This document shows, one piece after another, positions 57,347 through 64,000 of a DNA stretch of 64,000 nucleotides (position 1 is the stretch's first letter; every line of letters begins with the position of its first letter). The position numbers and the translations under genes were made by a program. A model generated the notes under the pieces. That model made no database searches. It had not been told where the DNA came from and saw only the letters and a program-made list of their open reading frames with translations. Origin of the DNA: Promethearchaeota archaeon Loki_b31 (GTDB taxonomy: Archaea > Asgardarchaeota > Lokiarchaeia > Sigyniarchaeales > SOKP01); NCBI GenBank assembly GCA_005222975.1, contig NJBI01000001.1, positions 32,001 to 96,000 of the forward strand, read 5' to 3'.

Positions 57347-59053
57347 TTACATTTCTTTTTCAATTGATTTAATATAGGTCTCAATTTTGTTCTGGATTAT
57401 TTCAGGTTTAATTGTGCTTTGATTGGCTAGTTTATGTCTGAGCTCTAATTTTTCTCTATGTAAAGTATTCATTGTGCAAAACGGTATTTGAAGAACCTTG
57501 TTGGGATCATCTGGATCAATCACTCCATAATGTACAATGCAGTTTTTAACTCGATCTAAATCAAAATTATAAGCATCTTGAAAATGCATGCATGATATTA
57601 ACAAGTTTTTTGAAAGTAAAAAGTTACTTGCTGAGTTTAAGTTAGGCGATAAAATAAGCTTAGTAAATGATTGAAAAATTTTGCTAGTTAAGATTTGTGA
57701 TGGATTTTTAATATATTTTAAAGCACCTGCGAAAAAATATGCTTTCATTATCTGTCTATACCCTAAATTAGTTATATCATCGATGAACTCACCAATCCTG
57801 CTTGCTACACCACCATAATTCTCTAAATTAATGTTCTTTAAAAGGCTTGTTGGCTTGGGGATTTCTCTATTACGGACCATGTCCCATACTTGATTTGCCC
57901 ATATAACTAACCCCTCGGCATCAAAATAATTCTCAAGGGCTTTCCATTCATTGTTATCATCAATTATTACAATAGTACCGAAACCACAGTCTGGATGGGT
58001 TGTCATTGAAAAAGAAGGTACGTCATCGAACCAAGCGAGTAATCTAGTGAATTTGGAAGATGTGGCAATTGGATAAAACTTTTTAATTGCGTTATTAATT
58101 ATTTTATTAATGGCTATCTTTAAATCAGATGTAGTATATCTCAATTCCATTAGTTCTTCGTAATTAATTCGACCACATAACGAAACGGGTTGAAAAACGA
58201 CGCCTGCAACTACATCATTATTTTGCTTAGCGAATTCTAAAATATTTTCAATTTGATTGTCATTTACGCCCTTAGCAATAGTTGGAACCAACATAATACC
58301 TTTTAACCCGACTGCACGGCAATTTTTAATGACTCTCTGTTTTATGGGCCATAAATTAACGCCTCTCATTTTTTTCCAAACCTCTGGAGCATTGGTAGCG
58401 TCAAATTGCAAATATATCGCATCTATTCCAGATTCCTTTAATTCTCTACAATATTCGACTGATTTACTCATTCTGATACCATTAGTTGATACCATAACTT
58501 CTATAAACCCTAATTCTTTTGCTTTACGGGTGATATCATGTAGATCATTTCTTAACGTTGGTTCCCCCCCTGCATATTGTAGCAAAATAGGAGGGACAGG
58601 CTTGAGTGATCTAAAATGTTTTAGAATTTGAACAATTTCATCGAAAGTAGGCTCTACAACATAACCTTTAGCACTAGCATTGGCGTAACATATTGGACAA
58701 GTTAAATTACATCGATTTGTAGGATCAATTACAGCAATACAAGGTGCCGATTGGTGATTTTCGCAAATTCCACAATCATATGGACAGCCATTAGTGATTT
58801 CTCTAATAATTGATGATTCTTCATAAGGTTTAGAAGAGTTATCTATGGTAGATCCAATCTCATTAGTGAAACTCTGGTTCCATTTGTATTCCTCTGGGTT
58901 AACCGAAATCTTGTCTTTAAAATCTCCATGTTCCTCACAATGCTTTCGCATCATAACCCAATCAGTATTTGCATCAACATAAATCTCAGCAGGAATTGGT
59001 TGTAGGCATTCTGGACAAATACTTGTTGTATTTCTAATTATTTCTTCAATCAT
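57347..59053 (-). CDS. tes: Radical SAM tetraether lipid synthase (Tes/GDGT-MAS) homologue
   Basis: N-terminal SICPEC..KHCEEHG and GCPYDCGICENH; CNLTCPIC; GGEPT; YLQFD; LVPT; FQPVS; C-terminal MHFQDAYNFDLDRVKNCIVHY...IPFC. Confidence 0.85.
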   Translation of the reverse strand: MIEEIIRNTTSICPECLQPIPAEIYVDANTDWVMMRKHCEEHGDFKDKISVNPEEYKWNQSFTNEIGSTIDNSSKPYEESSIIREITNGCPYDCGICENHQSAPCIAVIDPTNRCNLTCPICYANASAKGYVVEPTFDEIVQILKHFRSLKPVPPILLQYAGGEPTLRNDLHDITRKAKELGFIEVMVSTNGIRMSKSVEYCRELKESGIDAIYLQFDATNAPEVWKKMRGVNLWPIKQRVIKNCRAVGLKGIMLVPTIAKGVNDNQIENILEFAKQNNDVVAGVVFQPVSLCGRINYEELMELRYTTSDLKIAINKIINNAIKKFYPIATSSKFTRLLAWFDDVPSFSMTTHPDCGFGTIVIIDDNNEWKALENYFDAEGLVIWANQVWDMVRNREIPKPTSLLKNINLENYGGVASRIGEFIDDITNLGYRQIMKAYFFAGALKYIKNPSQILTSKIFQSFTKLILSPNLNSASNFLLSKNLLISCMHFQDAYNFDLDRVKNCIVHYGVIDPDDPNKVLQIPFCTMNTLHREKLELRHKLANQSTIKPEIIQNKIETYIKSIEKEM

Positions 59054-59276
59054 GATTTTTAATTTCTAATTATATAGCTGTGTTTTCTTTCTTATACTTA
59101 TTTAATCTTAAAATATAAACATATTAAAACAGCTAATAAGATTATCGATATTAGATTAATGTAAAAGAAATTTAAAATTAAAGAGTAATTATCAAAAAAT
59201 AAGAAGTAAAGAAAATATCTTTTGTTTTCGAAAAAAATAACTATTAAAACATTTAATACTTATATTTGGATTCAAA

Positions 59277-60848
59277 TTACCAAGGTCTTCTTATTGTAGT
59301 AGCTCTACTCATTTCAGATTTGTTTGGATGATCTAAATTGTAATGGATTCCCCTGCTCTCTTTGCGAGAAATTGCACTTACTATTATTATTTTTGCGACA
59401 GTAGCCAAATTTCTAAGTTCAACAAGATTTTTTTCTATTTTAAAATCCCAATAATATTGATTGATTTCATCCAGAAGCATATTAATTCTTTTTTTAGCTC
59501 TTTGAAGACGCTTATCCGTTCGGACAATTCCAACGTAATTCCACATGAATCTTCTTATTTCATCCCAATTTTGTGTTATTATAACCGCTTCTGTAGAGGG
59601 TACGGCATGACCGGGTTCCCACTGCTTAAATTCTTTAACTTTTAAATCAGAAATTTGTTCAGCTAAAGAATTAGCACACTCATGGGCACCTACTAAACCT
59701 TCAAGTAAGGAATTACTTGCTAATCGATTCGCACCATGAAGTCCAGTACACGCAGATTCACCGATGACGTATAGATTCTTAACTTCAGTCTTCCCGTTAA
59801 TTCCTGCCAGAACCCCTCCACAACAATAATGGGCCGCGGGAACAACGGGTATAGGTTCATTAGTAATATCAATATTGAACTTTAAACATGATTCATAAAC
59901 TCCTGGAAAATGACTTTTTATAAATTTTGGAGATTTATAAGATGCTATATCTAAATGGATGTAATCGTCCCCAGTTTTTTTGAGTTCTGCATCAATAGCT
60001 CTCGAAACGACATCACGGGGGGCTAAACCTTTTGAGGAATGGTAATTATGCATAAACTCATTTCCTCTAACATCTTTTAAAACAGCACCCTCGCCTCGCA
60101 TTGCTTCTGTAATTAAGAAAGACTTCGCATACGGATGATATAAACAAGTAGGGTGGAATTGATAAAATTCCATGTTTGAAATTGTTGCACCAGCACGATA
60201 CGCCATTGCTATCCCATCGCCAGAAGCGATATCTGGGTTTGTTGTATACAAATATATTTTGCCAGCGCCACCAGTTGCTAATATTGTAGCTTTAGCAGCA
60301 ACATTATGAATCTTTTCGCTTTTTTGGTCTAAAATATAAGCCCCATAACATTGAAAATTTCTAGCAAATAAATTAATAGCGCACCAATGTTCCTTTATTT
60401 CTACATTTTCTATCTTTTTTATACTTTCAATAAGTTTTTGTTCAACATTCTGTCCCGTTTGGTCGTTTACATGCAGAATTCTTCTTTCTGAGTGTCCACC
60501 TTCTTTTCCAAGATCGTAATCTCCATTCTCATTTCTAGTAAATTCAACGCCCAACTCAATTAATTCCTTTATCCTTTCTGGTGCTTGCGTTAAGATATTC
60601 CTTACCACATTCTCGTTACAAAGACCATCTCCAGCAATTAAAGTGTCTTGAATATGTTTCTCAAAACTATCGTTATTATTCCAAACGCATGCAATGCCAC
60701 CTTGTGCGTAAAAAGTGCTGCATTCTGCTAAATACTCTTTAGTAATCAGTAATATCTTTTCGTCTGGGGTTAATTTTGCTAATTTTAATGCCAATGATAA
60801 TCCCGAGATACCCCCTCCGATAATAAGAAAATCTATTTTTCGGTTCAA
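59277..60848 (-). CDS. nadB: L-aspartate oxidase
   Basis: GGGISG, YAQGGIA, EGGHS, QFHPT, EAMRGEG, APRD, AAHY, LHGANRLASNSLLE and ESRG motifs. Confidence 0.95.
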   Translation of the reverse strand: MNRKIDFLIIGGGISGLSLALKLAKLTPDEKILLITKEYLAECSTFYAQGGIACVWNNNDSFEKHIQDTLIAGDGLCNENVVRNILTQAPERIKELIELGVEFTRNENGDYDLGKEGGHSERRILHVNDQTGQNVEQKLIESIKKIENVEIKEHWCAINLFARNFQCYGAYILDQKSEKIHNVAAKATILATGGAGKIYLYTTNPDIASGDGIAMAYRAGATISNMEFYQFHPTCLYHPYAKSFLITEAMRGEGAVLKDVRGNEFMHNYHSSKGLAPRDVVSRAIDAELKKTGDDYIHLDIASYKSPKFIKSHFPGVYESCLKFNIDITNEPIPVVPAAHYCCGGVLAGINGKTEVKNLYVIGESACTGLHGANRLASNSLLEGLVGAHECANSLAEQISDLKVKEFKQWEPGHAVPSTEAVIITQNWDEIRRFMWNYVGIVRTDKRLQRAKKRINMLLDEINQYYWDFKIEKNLVELRNLATVAKIIIVSAISRKESRGIHYNLDHPNKSEMSRATTIRRPW

Positions 60849-61114
60849 AAGAATCTATCGTCTTTTTAAATTGTTTAATTTTTTTTTAAGAAACTAATAA
60901 TTAAAGTAAATTTTTAATCATTTTTAATTAATTGGAATGGTGTGTGAGAAGATTTATTGTTTTTAGAATTTATATTCCTAATTTTTTTATTATTTCATTG
61001 ATTTTTTCTTGAATAAGATTTGTGTTCTGTTTTGTTATATAATTAGATAATAACTTTTTTTTAATTGCTTACGTTTTTATATCTAATTACTCCGCCAATT
61101 TAGAACCGTTTAAA

Positions 61115-61663
61115 TTGTTAATGGGTTTAAAGAAATTAATCTATTCATTATATGAAAATATGCCAAAAATAAAACATGTACTGTTCTTATGTAGTGGGAA
61201 CACCTGTAGAAGTCCATTTGCTGAATATTTTTCAAAATGGCTCCAAAAGAATGAGGATTCTAATGAATTAAAAGATATAGAATTTGATTCGGCAGGACTT
61301 TTCCACTATTATGAGCAACCTCAAGAAGGCACATTAAAATATCTTAATTCTAAAGGTGTTGAAATGGACGATTTTCAAGCCAAGGATCTCGATGAAGAAT
61401 TGATAATCAAACAAGACCTTATTCTATGTTTCGAAGAGAAATACCATGTTCGAAAATTAAAGAGAAAATTCAAGCATTTAAAGGATCTGGATGAAAAGGT
61501 TTTTTTACTATTAGAATTTGCAGGTGATACTGAAAATCTAGAAATAGAAGATCCTTTCTATTTAGAGGAAAATGAATATAATAAAGTTCTTAAAAGAATT
61601 GAAGATGGAATAATTAAATCTATTGAAAAGATTATCAAAATTAATAATTCTGAAGAATATTGA
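61115..61663 (+). CDS. Low-molecular-weight protein tyrosine/arginine phosphatase
   Basis: CSGNTCRS P-loop, SAG and EDPFY. Confidence 0.9.
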   Translation: MLMGLKKLIYSLYENMPKIKHVLFLCSGNTCRSPFAEYFSKWLQKNEDSNELKDIEFDSAGLFHYYEQPQEGTLKYLNSKGVEMDDFQAKDLDEELIIKQDLILCFEEKYHVRKLKRKFKHLKDLDEKVFLLLEFAGDTENLEIEDPFYLEENEYNKVLKRIEDGIIKSIEKIIKINNSEEY

Positions 61664-61780
61664 AATCAAGAAAAAAAAAGAAAATAAAAAATAATTTTTC
61701 TTTAAGGAAATCAATTTATTATGTTTTAATATTCGCTCTCTATAACAGAATCCTTAAAATAATTAGATTTCAATTATAAA

Positions 61781-63427
61781 TTACTTAAAAAAAAATCCAT
61801 ATTTCTGACTGAAATATTTATCAATAAGATATTTTGTTGAATCAAAAGGACTAACATCTCCTAAAAAATTTTTAAGATATTTCCCGAATTTTATTTCAAA
61901 ATCTTTTGAAAACTCATCAAGTTTCTTTAATAACACTGGTAAATCCATGTTTGAAATTAAGCAGACAACATGGTATTTTCCAAAAGAAAATAGAAGATGG
62001 TAGCCCTCCTTGTCAATTTTTCTTAACTGTTTTTTGCTTTGAGTTATTTCAGAAATGATTGCTACGACACCTGTCAATGCTCCAGAAATAATATCTTCAT
62101 CCATCTCATTCTTCTTCTCTTTTTCTTCCCCTTGGGGCTTTTTCTCAAAATTATGATAGTAAAGCCCAACTCCATGAACACTAAAAATATAAAGATTTAT
62201 CATTGCTGATGACCAATTCTTTTCTTTAGATATTAAAAATTCTTTCATTGCCATCATCCAAACAAGAAGAATAACTATAACAAACCCATTTAAGAGATTT
62301 GGAAAATTGGGGATGAAATTATCTAATTCTGGATAAAGTGTATACAAACCATTTATCCATCTACTAAATGTAAATCCAATAGCAATTCCCAAAAACATTA
62401 AAGCTAAAAAAAGACCATTAATACGACCTCTATATTTTAAGTTTCCTCTTTCTGTTGAAAAATCTCCAGATATAGTTTGGATTGCTAGTATAAGGGGTAG
62501 TAATGAAAATCCATAATGAATTGAAAGAAAAATTTTTCTTGGCATTCCAAATATGATAGGAGCATCTATATAAGAACCATAAGATATAAGAAAAAACGAT
62601 AGAAGTAAAATACCTAATATTATTGAAGTTTTACGACCGATATTATCTAAAAAACAACCCGCTGCAATGAGATATATTGTAGATGCCAAAAAAAAAACAA
62701 AGAAGTCTACATCAAAACTATATCGAGCTAGTAAATCCCCTAAAATAAAGCCTAATATTGTGAAACTTGATGAATATCGAAAAAATTGCTTTTCAAAAAT
62801 AATCTTAAAAAATTTCTTATCAGATTTGAGCCTCTCTTCAGTTTCTATATATTTATATTTTCTAGAACACCAAAAAATTATTAATAAAAGTATTAATACT
62901 AAAATAAAAAAATAATTGTACAAAAATTCAAAAGATACAAAAATAAAACTAAACCAACCTAAAAGGGAACATGAAGCTAGAAGAAAAGCAGTTATCCTTC
63001 CCCTATTTAAAAGATTAGTTTCATGAACTAATGTTGTAAACCATAATGTTATTAATTGAGGAACTGTCATTAATACGATTAATAAACCTATATAATATAA
63101 AATAACTTCAGAAAAAGCACTAAAAAAAATTCCTATTATACAAAAAAGCAAAACTAAATTAAAATGTCTTGTTCTATTCTTTATTTTATCAACAAGTATA
63201 ACTGAGGTAAGGAAACTAATAGCAAGTATAAATAATATTACACCTATTTCAATATTTATAACTGAAACCATTTCCGTTAAAACAACATATTTGTATAAAA
63301 AAGCCTCAATAACTAAGAAAATTGCTAAAAGAGAGAAAAATAAATAAACTAATGAGTTTTTTGACAAGTCGATATCTCTAGCAAATACTCTTACAAACCA
63401 ATTTTTGAGGGATTCCTTTTTCATCAA
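61781..63427 (-). CDS. MFS-like 12-TM domain fused to a C-terminal longin-like domain
   Basis: MFS motif-A-like ILVDKIKNR and FLDNIGRK. C-terminal NLYIFSVHGVGLYYHNF...DIISGALTGV..IISEI...LDEFSKDFE is longin-like. Confidence 0.75.
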   Translation of the reverse strand: MMKKESLKNWFVRVFARDIDLSKNSLVYLFFSLLAIFLVIEAFLYKYVVLTEMVSVINIEIGVILFILAISFLTSVILVDKIKNRTRHFNLVLLFCIIGIFFSAFSEVILYYIGLLIVLMTVPQLITLWFTTLVHETNLLNRGRITAFLLASCSLLGWFSFIFVSFEFLYNYFFILVLILLLIIFWCSRKYKYIETEERLKSDKKFFKIIFEKQFFRYSSSFTILGFILGDLLARYSFDVDFFVFFLASTIYLIAAGCFLDNIGRKTSIILGILLLSFFLISYGSYIDAPIIFGMPRKIFLSIHYGFSLLPLILAIQTISGDFSTERGNLKYRGRINGLFLALMFLGIAIGFTFSRWINGLYTLYPELDNFIPNFPNLLNGFVIVILLVWMMAMKEFLISKEKNWSSAMINLYIFSVHGVGLYYHNFEKKPQGEEKEKKNEMDEDIISGALTGVVAIISEITQSKKQLRKIDKEGYHLLFSFGKYHVVCLISNMDLPVLLKKLDEFSKDFEIKFGKYLKNFLGDVSPFDSTKYLIDKYFSQKYGFFFK

Positions 63428-63693
63428 TATCTTTAAAATTCTTTTTGATTTAAAACTAATGTAAGTTACATTTTAATTTAATGTTTTAATGTAATGTTTT
63501 ATCTTAAAATTTCTCTATAATAATTTCACTCTCTTCAATATAATCTTTATTTATGATATTATAATATTTAAATTCTTTATATGCAATATTTTAAAAATTT
63601 TTTTTAATAGATTAGACACATACAGAGATCTTCATATAATTATTAATGAAGGTAAGTTTATTTTTTCCAATTTATTTAAATACTTGAACATTA

Positions 63694-64000
63694 ATGAGCA
63701 AAATCAAAAAAATTCTTCTCGTTTGTTTAGGAAACACAGCAAGAAGTCCCGCAGCGGAATACTTAGCTAAATTTTATGCAAAAAAATACAAATCTGATTT
63801 AAGGTTTGAGAGTGCTGGTTTTATAAATGCATTTTCATATATGCAACCTGAATCTCAAGAATATTTAAATTCAAAGGGCATTAAACATTCTGATTTTCGA
63901 CCGCAAATAATCAATCGTAAACTACTTGAAAGGCAAGACTTAATTATTACAATGGAAAAGTCACATGTTACCGATATTAGAGAAAATTATCAAGGGGTTA
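63694..64000 (+). CDS. Low-molecular-weight phosphatase, partial (runs off the window end)
   Basis: Not in the ORF track. MSKIKKILLVCLGNTARSPAAEY...ESAG...DLIITME read from ATG 63694. Confidence 0.88.
   Translation, partial: MSKIKKILLVCLGNTARSPAAEYLAKFYAKKYKSDLRFESAGFINAFSYMQPESQEYLNSKGIKHSDFRPQIINRKLLERQDLIITMEKSHVTDIRENYQGV

Noticed and set aside
716-62915. Numerous short ORFs antisense to or nested in long genes (e.g. 1071-1313, 13254-13649, 24949-25317, 47234-47617, 49196-49639, 50299-50640)
   Set aside because: These are shadow ORFs of well-supported genes, with no recognisable motifs.
1-64000. CRISPR arrays, tRNA/rRNA genes, IS elements, integrases
   Set aside because: I saw no regularly spaced repeats, GC-rich structural RNA tracts, or transposase/integrase motifs.

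Overview
This AT-rich (about 30% GC by eye), gene-dense archaeal window most likely comes from an Asgard archaeon of the Lokiarchaeia/Promethearchaeia type. That assignment is inferred from archaeal housekeeping genes (Taw2, ERCC4/XPF, PUA protein, Tes, AroA'-type aldolase) together with several Rab/Arf-like small GTPases, longin domains, stand-alone 7TM proteins and an ESCRT-II-like protein. I recognised no rRNA, tRNA, CRISPR array or transposase. All family calls come from motif recognition by eye, not database searches. Highlights: (1) A co-oriented eight-gene cluster (27055-34454) joins a HAD phosphatase, a double-domain PlsC-type acyltransferase and a degenerate PlsC paralogue to a split three-subunit ATP-driven radical reductase/dehydratase (activator plus two dehydratase-fold subunits). 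The enzyme has the domain set of bacterial plasmalogen synthase PlsA/PlsR and glycerol ester reductase Ger, so this is a candidate fatty-acyl ester-to-ether lipid pathway in an archaeon. An SCP2-like gene lies next door and a tetraether synthase (Tes) homologue about 23 kb away. (2) A membrane-anchored protein with two tandem EAP30 (Vps22/Vps36, ESCRT-II) modules lies near a longin-GTPase fusion and two recently duplicated Rab-like genes. (3) An MFS-like membrane domain fused to a longin domain is flanked by two LMW phosphatases. (4) Twin 7TM genes sit beside a pseudo-GTPase. (5) An MttB/corrinoid/homocysteine-methyltransferase operon is present. (6) Three MFS genes are broken by point nonsense codons or simple-repeat slippage.
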